Positions 29,650-39,697 of a DNA stretch of 64,000 bases are shown piece by piece. The stretch spans positions 131,244-195,243 of the forward strand of contig JBAZKC010000001.1 in NCBI GenBank assembly GCA_041651035.1. Direction: 5' to 3'. The number at the start of each line of letters is the position of its first letter. The first letter of the stretch is position 1. Source of the stretch: Candidatus Omnitrophota bacterium. Its GTDB lineage: Bacteria > Omnitrophota > Gorgyraeia > Gygaellales > Profunditerraquicolaceae. Made by a program: the position numbers and the translations under genes. The notes beneath the pieces were generated by a model. It searched no databases. It was not told the origin of the DNA and was given only the letters and a program-made list of their open reading frames with translations.

Positions 29650-29870
29650 GCTGGCCCCTTATCGGTGATTAAAATATAGGCAGGGTTTGTCAAAAAAATA
29701 AGCAACCCCTAAAATTTATAAGAGCTGCTTAAGAAAGTTTAAAAGTAGTTTTAGGAACAAATTCATTAAGCTACGCCTTTACAGCCGTTGTAATTATTGC
29801 CACTATTGTCTTGGATTTAAACACGGTATTGAAATTTAGTTTAACATAGACTTTTTAAAATAACAAGATT

Positions 29871-30818
29871 TTATTGCAGTTTATCGAGCACCTGATACAA
29901 AACCCCTCCAGCGATCTCAGGCTCGGGAAACATATATTTGCGCGCGGAAACAGTGATCTCGGTAGTTGTATCATTGATTTTCTTAAGCTTAAAGGTTACC
30001 TTCGCGCCATTAACTTCAGCGTTTATAGTGCCGCCGGCCTTGTCCTCGTTTCTTACTGTCCCCATCTGCTTAAGCACCTCTAAACCCGCATCATATGCCC
30101 TATCCGGCGTTACCTTAAAAGAAGCTTGAGCGTAATCTTTACCGCCAAAGGTCAATGCGGCAGCTACCGGCAAAGCCGCCACACCGGTAAGCATGGAAAC
30201 TCCATACATTTTAAGCCCCCGGACACCCGCTGCCTTTAACGGCTCTGATATGATCAAGGCGGTAAGCTGATGGGCGCTGGTGATATTCTTATAAGACTTC
30301 TTTAAATTAATGTCATACACCTTAACAACAGGCTGGCCTTCAACGCTGTAATCCTTGCTTACTACCCTACCCATCCCTAAGGTTACAATGTCTATGCGCA
30401 TGGATAACTCTTTGGCGGGCTTTTTCTCTTTCCCGCCGGATTTTTCCGCGGATATTTTCAGGGAATCAACATTCAGTTTACCCTCTTTATTCTTAACCAG
30501 GCCTATCTCTTTGATTTCTAAATTCAGCTGTCTAAGGTGGATCTTGCCGGTTATGAACGCTCCAATATTACAGGTAGCTCCCATCCTGGGAATGTCCACC
30601 AGAACATCCTTAGGGAAACCCTTTGGATTATACATCTTAAGGTTGGATATTTTAACCGATTGCCTTATTATGCTCAACGAAAGTCCGCCTACATTAGTGG
30701 GGGCGCCGGTAACGCTGGTTGCTATGGTACCGACTAACGACTTGATAAGAAAATCTCTGACCAAGCAAAATCCAAAGAGGAGAATAACTGCGAGGACTAT
30801 GATCTTTATCTTCTGCAT
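29871..30818 (-). CDS. Membrane-anchored hypothetical protein (DUF748/AsmA-like N-terminal region)
   Basis: 315 aa with a single N-terminal TM helix. Confidence 0.4.
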   Translation of the reverse strand: MQKIKIIVLAVILLFGFCLVRDFLIKSLVGTIATSVTGAPTNVGGLSLSIIRQSVKISNLKMYNPKGFPKDVLVDIPRMGATCNIGAFITGKIHLRQLNLEIKEIGLVKNKEGKLNVDSLKISAEKSGGKEKKPAKELSMRIDIVTLGMGRVVSKDYSVEGQPVVKVYDINLKKSYKNITSAHQLTALIISEPLKAAGVRGLKMYGVSMLTGVAALPVAAALTFGGKDYAQASFKVTPDRAYDAGLEVLKQMGTVRNEDKAGGTINAEVNGAKVTFKLKKINDTTTEITVSARKYMFPEPEIAGGVLYQVLDKLQ

Positions 30819-30842
30819 TTAATACCTCCTTTCCAGCAAAAA

Positions 30843-32738
30843 CTAATCCTGCTCTCTTGCAACCTGTTGCAAGATCTGATTTGCGGCGCAGACGTCATCA
30901 TCATGGCCGCTTCCCGCGCTAAAATTAGCCGGGTCGCTTTCCAGCTTTGTTATGTCATTTTCCGAATACATCGAGACCTTACCTTTAAATTCATTCTTAT
31001 AGATCTTGCCCTCAAAGACATTCCCCCAGACAGGGATATCCTTTAATTGCTCAGGGTCAACTGCCAAGGGATCCTGTTCAAGAATAGTAAAATCAGCAAG
31101 CTTGCCCACTGCTATGCTACCGATCTCTTTTTCTTTCTGCAAGGCATAAGCAGCATTGATAGTGATGGCTTTAAGCGCATCTTTAGCGCTTATCCTTTCC
31201 TCGGGTCCGGCAACCTTGCCAGACATAGTCAAACGATTTACCGCGCACCAGGCAAGAGTGAGTGGCCTGGCTGGCGCCATTGGCGTATCAGAATGCAAAG
31301 ATAAAGGAATGTTATTTTTCAGCAATGAATTACAGCGGACCATGTATTGCGCCCGCTTTGGGCCCAGGCCGACTTCTGAATATCTATCGGCAAGGACATA
31401 AACAAAATAAGGATTGGCGCTGACAATGCCGCCAAGCTTGCTAAGCCGCGCAGCTTGTTCGGGCTCAGATACACAGTAGTGTTCGATCGAGAAACGATGG
31501 TCTTTGCGCGGATATTCTTTCATCAACTTCTTGAGGATACCGATGGTTACCTCATTACCCAGGTCACCGTTAACATGGATACGGATCTGGTAACCGGCAT
31601 CCCAGTATAATCTGGAGCTATCCTGGAGTTCCTGCGGTGTCTGGATCCATTGGCCTTTATGGCCATCAAGATAACCCTCTTTCAACTGCATATCCTGGGA
31701 AAAAGCAGCTCCGTCACAATAAAATTTAATTTGTTTGGGCAGATAATAAACGCGGTGCCCGCCCTTTTTACAGATCTTTTCCGTCTCCTCAAGCGCTTTT
31801 GCCGGGCCATATTTCTCATACAACACCTGGCCGCTGGGTATCAATAAATTCCTGAAAGGCGTCCAAGCGTTATCAAACACTAACCTCATCAATTCAAAAG
31901 CTGAACCGGGCAGCATTATCCCGGGATCCGCGGTAGTGGTCAATCCGCTGGCGCTGACATATTGCTTACACATTTCCAACCCGCGGAAAAAACGAAGCGG
32001 TGAAGCCATGTGAGGATAAAGCGGTTTTACTATGAGCCCTATCCCGGCTTCCCAAAAATGGCCATTTTTAAGATCCACTTGCTCGCTGGCATGGCCATGC
32101 CCCTTAAGCATCTGGTCTGTAATTTTTAAGGCATTGATCGCGGCGGTATTAAAATAGAATTCATGTACGGAACGGTGCCAAACAACAATTGGCCGGCTCA
32201 AAGAGATGTCATCAAGATCCTTACGCGAGAGCTGGCCGTGGAAGTATTGATGGTAACCCCAGGTAAAAAGCCATTCTTCTTTATTTTTCATCGCCCTCTC
32301 GGTTTCACGCAGCTTTTTTAAGTAGGCATCGCGCCCGGTAACGCCTTTTATCTTTGCCCAAGGCAGATTCCAATCGTCAGGAGTAATAAAGTGCATCGGC
32401 GCAGCCAGGGCAAACAACCAAAGGTGAAGGTGCGGATCGATCAACCCCGGCATAATGATCTTGCCGGAAAAACGGTTATCGATCCTATAATTTTTCCCCT
32501 TAAGAGCTTTTTTGACTTCGTCAAGGCTGCCAACAGCAACAATCTGGTCTCCGTCAACCGCAACCGCTGTAGCTAACGGTTTATTATCTTCCATGGTGAT
32601 TATCTTCCTGGCGACATAGACTATTATCTTATCCTGCGGCGCGAATATCTTTTCCAGAGATTGCAATGGAAACGTTTGAGCGAAAGCCTGCGTTGTCAGA
32701 AAACAGAATAATACCCCGGCCTTAAGAACTCTTGACAT
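30843..32738 (-). CDS. Secreted metal-dependent amidohydrolase (amidohydrolase-3 family)
   Basis: 631 aa with signal peptide and PGLIDPHLHLW metal-binding motif. Confidence 0.75.
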   Translation of the reverse strand: MSRVLKAGVLFCFLTTQAFAQTFPLQSLEKIFAPQDKIIVYVARKIITMEDNKPLATAVAVDGDQIVAVGSLDEVKKALKGKNYRIDNRFSGKIIMPGLIDPHLHLWLFALAAPMHFITPDDWNLPWAKIKGVTGRDAYLKKLRETERAMKNKEEWLFTWGYHQYFHGQLSRKDLDDISLSRPIVVWHRSVHEFYFNTAAINALKITDQMLKGHGHASEQVDLKNGHFWEAGIGLIVKPLYPHMASPLRFFRGLEMCKQYVSASGLTTTADPGIMLPGSAFELMRLVFDNAWTPFRNLLIPSGQVLYEKYGPAKALEETEKICKKGGHRVYYLPKQIKFYCDGAAFSQDMQLKEGYLDGHKGQWIQTPQELQDSSRLYWDAGYQIRIHVNGDLGNEVTIGILKKLMKEYPRKDHRFSIEHYCVSEPEQAARLSKLGGIVSANPYFVYVLADRYSEVGLGPKRAQYMVRCNSLLKNNIPLSLHSDTPMAPARPLTLAWCAVNRLTMSGKVAGPEERISAKDALKAITINAAYALQKEKEIGSIAVGKLADFTILEQDPLAVDPEQLKDIPVWGNVFEGKIYKNEFKGKVSMYSENDITKLESDPANFSAGSGHDDDVCAANQILQQVAREQD

Positions 32739-32761
32739 TTTATTCTCCTTCTGTTATTTCG

Positions 32762-34015
32762 TTATTTCTTTAAATTATTATATCCTACAGGAAGAATACA
32801 GGTTTTGCATACTCGGCCAAATTTGCGCGCGCTCTTTCTGACAGTCCTCTTATACGTCTCATAATCAATACCTATAAGCCCGAACCTGGGGGCAAAACCC
32901 TTGTCCCACTCGAAATTATCCAGAAGCGACCAGTAAAGATACCCCGTTACAGGGACGCCTTTTCTCATGGCATGGTGGATATTTCTTAAATGGTCATATA
33001 TGTATTTCCAGCGTTGATCATCATCAAAAGTGCATATCCCGTTTTCGGTTATCATTACAGGCAGGTGATATTTCTTAAGTTCCATCAGCACCTCATAGAT
33101 CCCGCGGGGGTAAATATCCCAGCCGAGTGAATTCTTCCCGCCGCGGCTGTACTTTTCATCGCGGGTATCCGTTGCCAGGTTAAGGAGCCCGAATTTCTTC
33201 AGGTCTACTACCTGCCGCGAGTAATAATTTATTCCTATGAAATCCATGGCCTTGCTCATTATGTTATGCCGCATTATCCTTTCCAGGAACCCCAGATTAT
33301 ACACCCTGTCTCTCAAATAAGCGGAGAGCCGGTTTTTTAAATCCCTATTGCGGGGGATGAAAGTCATAACATTCTGGGCGATACTTACCGCGGGCTTTGC
33401 CAGGCCCGATTCTTTATAGATCTTATGTATCAGGCGGTAGGCTTTAACGTGGGCTAAAGCCAGGTTTTCTTCCACTGCCGTTGCTTTCAGGTATGACTTT
33501 GCCTGGGGAGGCCAGACGCCTAAAATATAGGCATGGGATATATATACTGTGGGCTCGTTTATCGTGATCCAATAGCGGACATGTTTTGCCAGAGGAGGAA
33601 TTACAAATTCGCAATAACGCAGGAAGCGGGAAGATGAGCGGGGGTTTACCCAGCCCCCTGATCTGGCAAACCAAGCTGGATTGGAAAAATGATGCAGGGT
33701 CACTATCGGCTCAATATTGCGCTTTTTTAACGCGAGAACAACATCAAGGTAATGTTTAAGTTCCTTGCGGGAGAATTTCCCCTCCCGGGGTTCGATGCGG
33801 CTCCATTCGATAGAAAAACGGTGGGCATTATGATGCAGGCCCTTAGCTAAGTCAAAATCCCGCTTATACAATTCATAATGGCAACAGGCTGACCCGGACC
33901 TTTCTTTTCCTTTTTCCTTTTCCCATTGCCACCAATCACTATTGGCATTGCCCCCTTCAACCTGATAGGCGGATGTCGCTGCCCCCCATAGGAAATCAAG
34001 CGGAAATTTCATCAT
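32762..34015 (-). CDS. Glycoside hydrolase family 1 beta-glucosidase
   Basis: 417 aa with FLWGAATSAYQVEGG, the NEP acid/base region and ITENG nucleophile motif. Confidence 0.9.
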   Translation of the reverse strand: MMKFPLDFLWGAATSAYQVEGGNANSDWWQWEKEKGKERSGSACCHYELYKRDFDLAKGLHHNAHRFSIEWSRIEPREGKFSRKELKHYLDVVLALKKRNIEPIVTLHHFSNPAWFARSGGWVNPRSSSRFLRYCEFVIPPLAKHVRYWITINEPTVYISHAYILGVWPPQAKSYLKATAVEENLALAHVKAYRLIHKIYKESGLAKPAVSIAQNVMTFIPRNRDLKNRLSAYLRDRVYNLGFLERIMRHNIMSKAMDFIGINYYSRQVVDLKKFGLLNLATDTRDEKYSRGGKNSLGWDIYPRGIYEVLMELKKYHLPVMITENGICTFDDDQRWKYIYDHLRNIHHAMRKGVPVTGYLYWSLLDNFEWDKGFAPRFGLIGIDYETYKRTVRKSARKFGRVCKTCILPVGYNNLKK

Positions 34016-34121
34016 GATAAAATTATATCATTATAAAACAAAAATTATACTAGAATATTTCCGCGGCTTAGAAAATACCTCATTACTTGACTTCTTAGGA
34101 AAAACAATATAGAGTAAATAC

Positions 34122-35423
34122 ATGCGCTATTTGGTCAAACTGATCCAAAAAACCTACAAGATGGTACAACCTCACGAGCGCAAGGTGGTAATGAAGAATG
34201 TCGCCTTCCTTTCGGCGCTGCAGGCCATAACCTATCTTCTGCCGATCATAATCGTGCCTTATCTCTTCCGCGTGCTCGGGCCGGATAAATTCGGCTTGAT
34301 CGCCTTTGCGCAGGCCTTCGTGCAGTATTTCGTGATCCTTACTGATTATGGATTCAATGTATCCGCGACTAAAGAAATCTCCCTCTGCCGCGGCGAACAC
34401 TCTAAAGTCTGTACGGTATTCTCTTCGGTTATGATGGTAAAGCTTGCCCTGGCAGCCTTAAGTTTGCTGATAATCGGCAGTATTGTTTATTTTATCCCCA
34501 GGTTCAGGAATGACTGGATGGTATATATACTCAGCTTTGGTACGGTTGTAGGAAGCACTATCTTCCCTTTGTGGTTTTTTCAGGGCAAGGAAAAAATGAA
34601 CTATATCAGCAACTTAAATAGTATCGGCGGGGTTCTCATCGCTATTTTTATTTTTTCTTTTGTAAAAGGGCCTCAGGATTACCTTATGGTCCCGCTCATA
34701 AACTCCGGCGTACTCTTAACCACAGGCTTCCTGGGGCAATACCTGGTCTTGAGGAGATTCCGCGTATCGTTTCAGCTACAGAGGTATAAGAATTTCCAAC
34801 AGCAGCTTACGGCGGGCTGGGACATTTTTATTTCTACCGCGGCGATAAACGCCTATACCACTACGCGCGTCTTTATGCTCGGGCTTTTTACCAATAACAG
34901 TACCACCGGATTATATTCTATAGCGGAAAAGATCGCCAACGCCTGCCAGACATTCCCCCTTAATTCATTCTCGCAGGCGATCTTCCCGCGTTTAAGCAAA
35001 ATATTCCAGAGGAATAAGCCTAAGGCGCTTAAGATCATGCAACACCTGCAGCAGATCACCACCATTATTTCTTTAATATGCCTTCCCCTGATCTTTATTT
35101 TCGCGGATGGAATAGTAAAGCTTGCCTGCGGGGCAGCTTACACAGAAACAGTGCTGTCTTTAAGGCTTTTAATCATTTCGGTGTTCTTTATAACTTCCAA
35201 TGCCTTCCGGGTGCAGTTTCTGCTGGTCTGCGGAAAGACGGATATTTTCTCGCGGATCCACGTGAGTATGGCAATGATAGGCATACCTTTAATAGTTATT
35301 TTAATAAATTCGTTTTCTTATGTTGGCGCGGCAGCTGCCACAGTAGTTATTGAGGCGGGAGTATTCACTATTACATACCTTAGCGTAAGGAAGCTTACCT
35401 TTTCCAAGAAAAACAAGGACTGA
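34122..35423 (+). CDS. Polysaccharide biosynthesis/Wzx-like flippase (MOP superfamily)
   Basis: 433 aa with about 12 TM helices. Confidence 0.7.
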   Translation: MRYLVKLIQKTYKMVQPHERKVVMKNVAFLSALQAITYLLPIIIVPYLFRVLGPDKFGLIAFAQAFVQYFVILTDYGFNVSATKEISLCRGEHSKVCTVFSSVMMVKLALAALSLLIIGSIVYFIPRFRNDWMVYILSFGTVVGSTIFPLWFFQGKEKMNYISNLNSIGGVLIAIFIFSFVKGPQDYLMVPLINSGVLLTTGFLGQYLVLRRFRVSFQLQRYKNFQQQLTAGWDIFISTAAINAYTTTRVFMLGLFTNNSTTGLYSIAEKIANACQTFPLNSFSQAIFPRLSKIFQRNKPKALKIMQHLQQITTIISLICLPLIFIFADGIVKLACGAAYTETVLSLRLLIISVFFITSNAFRVQFLLVCGKTDIFSRIHVSMAMIGIPLIVILINSFSYVGAAAATVVIEAGVFTITYLSVRKLTFSKKNKD

Positions 35424-35442
35424 TCTTAAAATATAATTTCCG

Positions 35443-35814
35443 TCAAGCCGGACCGATATATTTTTCCACCAAAACAGGGAATTGCCTGGTATCTATCGGT
35501 TTTGCGACATAATCGTCTACACCCAGGGCAATGATCTTCTCTTTATCGCCTTTCATAGCCAGGCTCGTTACCACGATCACCTTTATATCTTTAGTCAGGG
35601 GGTCGCTTTTAAGCATTTTTACCGCGGCAAATCCATCTGTCCCGGGCATCTGCATATCTAAAAGGATCAGATCCGGTTTAAGCTCGCGCGCCATGCTTAT
35701 ACCCTTTTCTCCATCCTCTGCCTCCAGGATTTCATATCCGCGGTATTGCAGGATATCCGACATCAATAACCGGTTCTGCTCGCTATCATCCATAATGAGT
35801 ATTTTTTTGGCCAT
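35443..35814 (-). CDS. Stand-alone CheY-like response-regulator receiver domain. The start codon I chose lies inside the longer ORF on the supplied track.
   Basis: MAKKILIMDD...LLDMQMP...DDYVAKP. Confidence 0.85.
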   Translation of the reverse strand: MAKKILIMDDSEQNRLLMSDILQYRGYEILEAEDGEKGISMARELKPDLILLDMQMPGTDGFAAVKMLKSDPLTKDIKVIVVTSLAMKGDKEKIIALGVDDYVAKPIDTRQFPVLVEKYIGPA

Positions 35815-35818
35815 GGCG

Positions 35819-37561
35819 TTATGCTTTAACGGGTATTGTAAATATAAACTTAGAACCCTTGCCGAATTCACTCTCTACCCGGATCTTCCCTCCGTGCAGC
35901 TCAACTAGTTTCTTGGTTAAGGCAAGGCCTAAACCTGTGCCTTCAACAGTCTTAGTATAGATGGATTCGATCTGGCTAAAGGTTTGAAAGAGTTTTGAAA
36001 GGTCTTCGGGCTTTATCCCAATACCACTGTCTTTTACGGAGATCTCTACAAAATCCCCTGTTTCCGGCCCGCCTGCTTCCAGCGCAACCAAAGCGACGCC
36101 TTTGGTTAGTTTCGCGTTTACTTTAACTTCGCCTCCGTCCGGAGTAAACTTCACGGCGTTGCTTAAAAGATTAAACATTATCTGCTTAAGCTTCTTTGGA
36201 TCCGCTGCTATGTTAATATCTGCCTGAGGTTCAACATCTAAAGACAAATTTATCCTGTGCTTAAGAGATTTCTCCTGAAGCAGGGTAAGCGACGGCTCAA
36301 GGATATCTTTTTTTAAAGACAGGTTCTCCGGCTCAAGCTCCATTTTCCCGGCTTCTACTTTGGAAAGATCCAATATATCATTGATCAGTCCTAAAAGATG
36401 CCTGCCGCTGCTATGAATGTTATCCGCGTATTTCTTCTGCTTTTCATTTAACTGGCCAAAAAATTGATCCTGCAGGACCTCGGCAAAACCAATTATGGCA
36501 TTAAGCGGCGTCCTTAATTCATGGGACATGTTAGCCAGGAAATCAGATTTCGCGCGATTAGCGGCATCTGCCTGAAGCTTTGCTTTCTCAAGTTCATGCT
36601 TCTGTTCAAAAAACCGGCTGATTACGCGGATGATATCTCCGAATTCGGTTTTATCTTTTTCCAAGGTAGCCGCGCATTCAGTATTCTCGTTTTTTAAAGC
36701 GCCGGATATTAACTGAAGCGGGGTCTTGACCCACCTGGTCAGTAAAATTATGAAAATAATTAGAAATATCCCCATAAACCCTGTCATTATAAAGAAAAAG
36801 GTTTTATAACCGAGGTTAAAATCCTTAATGAGCCGGGACTCCTTCCAGCCGGTTACTTTAAACGCCGGCTTTGCGTCCGGGCCCATAAGAACCTGGCTGA
36901 ATGTGATTGTTCCTTTTTCCGGATTTGAAACAATGGGGGCTTCTCTCTTTTCTGAAAACGCGCTTACGGCTATATTGCATCCGCATAACTTGGCGATTTC
37001 ATCGATATAACTCTTATCCCAGAGGCGTCCGGCCAGAAGATAGCCTCGGCCGGGAGTCTTTCTCTCCATATCGTTGCTGGGGTAAATGCCGGCGCCGCGG
37101 ATCTCAAGAATACCTTTTGGGGTATTGATATAAAAATGACAGAATGGCCCGTTAGCAAAAAGGCTGCTTATTTTAAGCTTAGGTAAAGGCAGCTCTTTAA
37201 AGCCGGGGACTTCAAGATCATTTACGGAGTAGATAAAGGAACTGTCCAGGCCGTATATCCATATCGCATTCGCGTGGTATGCGGGTAAAGCGGTATCGAT
37301 ATTTTCCGCGGCCCATTTTTTATCTCCGCTGGAAGCGAAATTAGCCATCTCATCCCAATGAGTATAATCGTAGGCTAAGGCATCCAGCGTGCTCCCTTTG
37401 AGTTCAATTATTTTTTCAAAAACCAGATGGATCTGCTTTTCTTCATTAGAGAATAATGTGATCAGCCTTTGCTTCTCAAACGCCCTCTGTAAAAGGACGG
37501 AAGAAACAAACACTACAACGATCGAAAAGAGTAAAAATATTATTTTTGTTTGTACTCTCAT
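35819..37561 (-). CDS. Sensor histidine kinase with periplasmic sensor domain, HisKA and HATPase_c
   Basis: 580 aa. Has an N-terminal TM helix, a second TM helix, the H-box [15 protein letters not shown], and N/G1/G2 boxes. Confidence 0.9.
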   Translation of the reverse strand: MRVQTKIIFLLFSIVVVFVSSVLLQRAFEKQRLITLFSNEEKQIHLVFEKIIELKGSTLDALAYDYTHWDEMANFASSGDKKWAAENIDTALPAYHANAIWIYGLDSSFIYSVNDLEVPGFKELPLPKLKISSLFANGPFCHFYINTPKGILEIRGAGIYPSNDMERKTPGRGYLLAGRLWDKSYIDEIAKLCGCNIAVSAFSEKREAPIVSNPEKGTITFSQVLMGPDAKPAFKVTGWKESRLIKDFNLGYKTFFFIMTGFMGIFLIIFIILLTRWVKTPLQLISGALKNENTECAATLEKDKTEFGDIIRVISRFFEQKHELEKAKLQADAANRAKSDFLANMSHELRTPLNAIIGFAEVLQDQFFGQLNEKQKKYADNIHSSGRHLLGLINDILDLSKVEAGKMELEPENLSLKKDILEPSLTLLQEKSLKHRINLSLDVEPQADINIAADPKKLKQIMFNLLSNAVKFTPDGGEVKVNAKLTKGVALVALEAGGPETGDFVEISVKDSGIGIKPEDLSKLFQTFSQIESIYTKTVEGTGLGLALTKKLVELHGGKIRVESEFGKGSKFIFTIPVKA

Positions 37562-37591
37562 ATTTTCTGCGCTATCTCATCCATTGCCGCG

Positions 37592-37969
37592 CTATTTGGC
37601 GCCGCCATAGAGGACTTCTTTTATTCTTTGCATAAGCTCTGCCCGGCTGGACGATTTGGAGATAATAAGCCTGCCGGAGACTTTTCCGTGCTGCGCCTTA
37701 ACCTCTTCTTCAGTGATTATACTGGTGAGGTATATTACCGGTATATCTTTGGTCTTATTATTTTCTAATAACTCCTCGGACACCCTGCCGCCGTCTTTCT
37801 TTGGCATCATCACATCAAGAAGTATCAAATCAGGGATATTTTCAATGGCAAGTTTTAAACCATCATCACCGTTAGCGGCGGTCAATACCTCAAATCCCTG
37901 GCTCAATAAAATATCCTTATACAGCTCAAGTTCTTTTTCATTATCATCCACGATCAAGATCTTAGACAT
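37592..37969 (-). CDS. Stand-alone CheY-like response-regulator receiver domain. The start codon I chose lies inside the longer ORF on the supplied track.
   Basis: MSKILIVDD... with GGAGG 7 nt upstream. Confidence 0.85.
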   Translation of the reverse strand: MSKILIVDDNEKELELYKDILLSQGFEVLTAANGDDGLKLAIENIPDLILLDVMMPKKDGGRVSEELLENNKTKDIPVIYLTSIITEEEVKAQHGKVSGRLIISKSSSRAELMQRIKEVLYGGAK

Positions 37970-38043
37970 AGCAATCCTCCTTGCCCACAAGGGCACACCC
38001 GGCAATCCGATAAGCCGGGGTGTAACCACAAGGCCACACCGAC

Positions 38044-38104
38044 GCCCCCCGCCCCCTGCTTAGTACTATATTTTCAGAAAAACTGCCGCAATTTTTAGGG
38101 GGCG
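38044..38104. repeat. Structured intergenic repeat, copy A (divergent). A C-rich arm, a 45-nt AT-rich core and a complementary G-rich arm.
   Basis: ccgccccc...tttcagaaaaactgccgcaattttta...gggggcgg. The arms are reverse complements. It is homologous to copies at 39599-39654 and 41390-41454. Confidence 0.6.
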
Positions 38105-38108
38105 GAAA

Positions 38109-38777
38109 TTAATCTAGCAGTTTCTGAGACAAACGATGCAACTCTGGATTGGCTAAAGCCAAAACCTTCTTTTTTACCGCTCTTGAAAAATATTCTTTCT
38201 CGGTTTTGGTCAATTTTTCCCGCTTAAGCTTCTTTAGAAATAGTTCTTTTTGTTTAGGAGAAAAAACCTGCGATAATGAATATTCAAGGCTCAATTCGTC
38301 TTTTACCGAAAGTAATTCATTTAATTTATTCCGGGCCTGGTTAAAGTAATTATTGAATACAGTCTTCAATCTCTGAGCAGACAATTCGCTTCCGGCAACG
38401 TTAAGCTCTCCATTAGATTTAAGCTTCTCGAGGAATACCATCACTTTTCTTCTTCTCGCTACGGAAAGGGAATAATATAATTTATCGGCCCAAGAAAACT
38501 TTAGATTAAAGAATTTATAAAGTGCTAATGATATTTCCATAAGTGAAAATAAATACGGTTTATCGAAGGGCTTTTTTAAGTACCAATTAACTTTGTCATA
38601 GCTAAATAATCCCTTCTCTGCGCTGTTTGCTAATACTACCGGAAACCCTTCCCAAAGGCGAAGATCACGAGATCTCACCATGTCCGCCAAAGTTAAATTA
38701 GCATCCTTATCTTCTTCGACGCCAAAAAGCGGAAAACCTAACGCATTAACTCTTTTGAGAAGATCGTCATTTTTCAT
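38109..38777 (-). CDS. Hypothetical protein, partner of the upstream nucleotidyltransferase (possible toxin-antitoxin or defense pair)
   Basis: 222 aa. Its start overlaps the NTase stop by 11 nt. Confidence 0.4.
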   Translation of the reverse strand: MKNDDLLKRVNALGFPLFGVEEDKDANLTLADMVRSRDLRLWEGFPVVLANSAEKGLFSYDKVNWYLKKPFDKPYLFSLMEISLALYKFFNLKFSWADKLYYSLSVARRRKVMVFLEKLKSNGELNVAGSELSAQRLKTVFNNYFNQARNKLNELLSVKDELSLEYSLSQVFSPKQKELFLKKLKREKLTKTEKEYFSRAVKKKVLALANPELHRLSQKLLD

Positions 38778-39357
38778 TGATCAGGCCTTCTTTCTTTAGA
38801 ATCTTTAAGAAATGCTCAAAATTCTTATTCACTTTGTCTTCTGAAACATCAAAAGATGCTGTTTCTTTAAAACGCTTCTCTAACTGCTTAAAATCTATGT
38901 CTTTATTTTTATCCCTTACTAAAACAAGGCAATCATCTATATCTATCGCTGTAGCTCTGAATAGCTTACTTATAACAATGTCATAATAATTTAAAACTCC
39001 CAAATAAATTCTATCAAACTCTTTTACAAAAATATGATTTCCTTTTCCCAGTGGCGACTCTAACAATTCTGTAGTATGTACTGCTTTACCTCTGAATAAA
39101 TCGAATATGAAGCCATCTCCCCTCTCCCACCCCCAGCCGCTTGCCGATTTATATCCAAGCTGTTTTAAAGTACTTACTAAATATTCATATTCATCTAAAT
39201 TTGGCACTATTAAGTCTATATCCTTAGTAGATGGTTTCACGCCTAAAAGCGTCAAAGCGGTTCCGCCACAGGCAATCAAATGCACCTTCCTCTTGAGAAA
39301 GGTATCCCAAGCCCTGATTCTATCCAATAGGCCTTGTTTATCTATTCTATATTCCAT
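38767..39357 (-). CDS. Pol-beta-superfamily nucleotidyltransferase-like protein
   Basis: 196 aa with ACGGTALTLLGVKPSTKDIDLIV (the hG[GS]x9-13DxD NTase motif). Confidence 0.6.
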   Translation of the reverse strand: MEYRIDKQGLLDRIRAWDTFLKRKVHLIACGGTALTLLGVKPSTKDIDLIVPNLDEYEYLVSTLKQLGYKSASGWGWERGDGFIFDLFRGKAVHTTELLESPLGKGNHIFVKEFDRIYLGVLNYYDIVISKLFRATAIDIDDCLVLVRDKNKDIDFKQLEKRFKETASFDVSEDKVNKNFEHFLKILKKEGLINEK

Positions 39358-39435
39358 ACAATAACTTGTATATATTCATACAACTCTCTGTATTAAAGCA
39401 TACAATATATTTAGTATTTTGTCAAGACAATCTTC

Positions 39436-39465
39436 GACAACCTAAATGACAACCTAAATGACAAC
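39436..39465. repeat. Tandem 12-nt repeat (gacaacctaaat, about 2.5 copies)
   Basis: Read directly from the sequence. Confidence 0.6.
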
Positions 39466-39521
39466 TAATTTTGGCAAGAAACACTTGGTGGAACCGCGTC
39501 TCTAAGGAAACAGCTTAAATG

Positions 39522-39654
39522 CACCGCGCCCTGGGGGGCGCTCCCACATCTCGCGTCCAGCGCTTCAAAAACTGCTTGGGCGGGGCGCGGCCCCCACCCC
39601 GCGCCCCGCCTAGCGCTATCTTTTCAAAAAACTGGCGAAATTTTTAGGGGGAGG
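39522..39654. repeat. Structured intergenic repeat, copies B1 and B2 in tandem. B2 contains a perfect 12-bp inverted repeat GGCGGGGCGCGG/CCGCGCCCCGCC.
   Basis: B1 is ccgcgccc...agcgcttcaaaaactgcttg...gggcgcgg. B2 is ccccgcgccccgcc-tagcgctatcttttcaaaaaactggcgaaattttta-gggggaggg. Confidence 0.65.
39599..39654. repeat. Structured repeat unit B2. This is an explicit coordinate for the unit already contained in the 39522-39654 feature.
   Basis: See the 39522-39654 feature. Confidence 0.6.
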
Positions 39655-39697
39655 GAAAAAAATAGAAACTTCCTTAAATAGTTAAGAATTTTTTAGA

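Noticed and set aside
34095-34400. Minus-strand ORF 34095-34400 overlapping the start of the Wzx-like gene
   Set aside because: It overlaps a well-supported plus-strand membrane-protein gene and has no recognisable features.
39436-39465. Short tandem repeat gacaacctaaat, considered as a possible CRISPR array
   Set aside because: Only about 2.5 contiguous units with no spacers and no cas genes.
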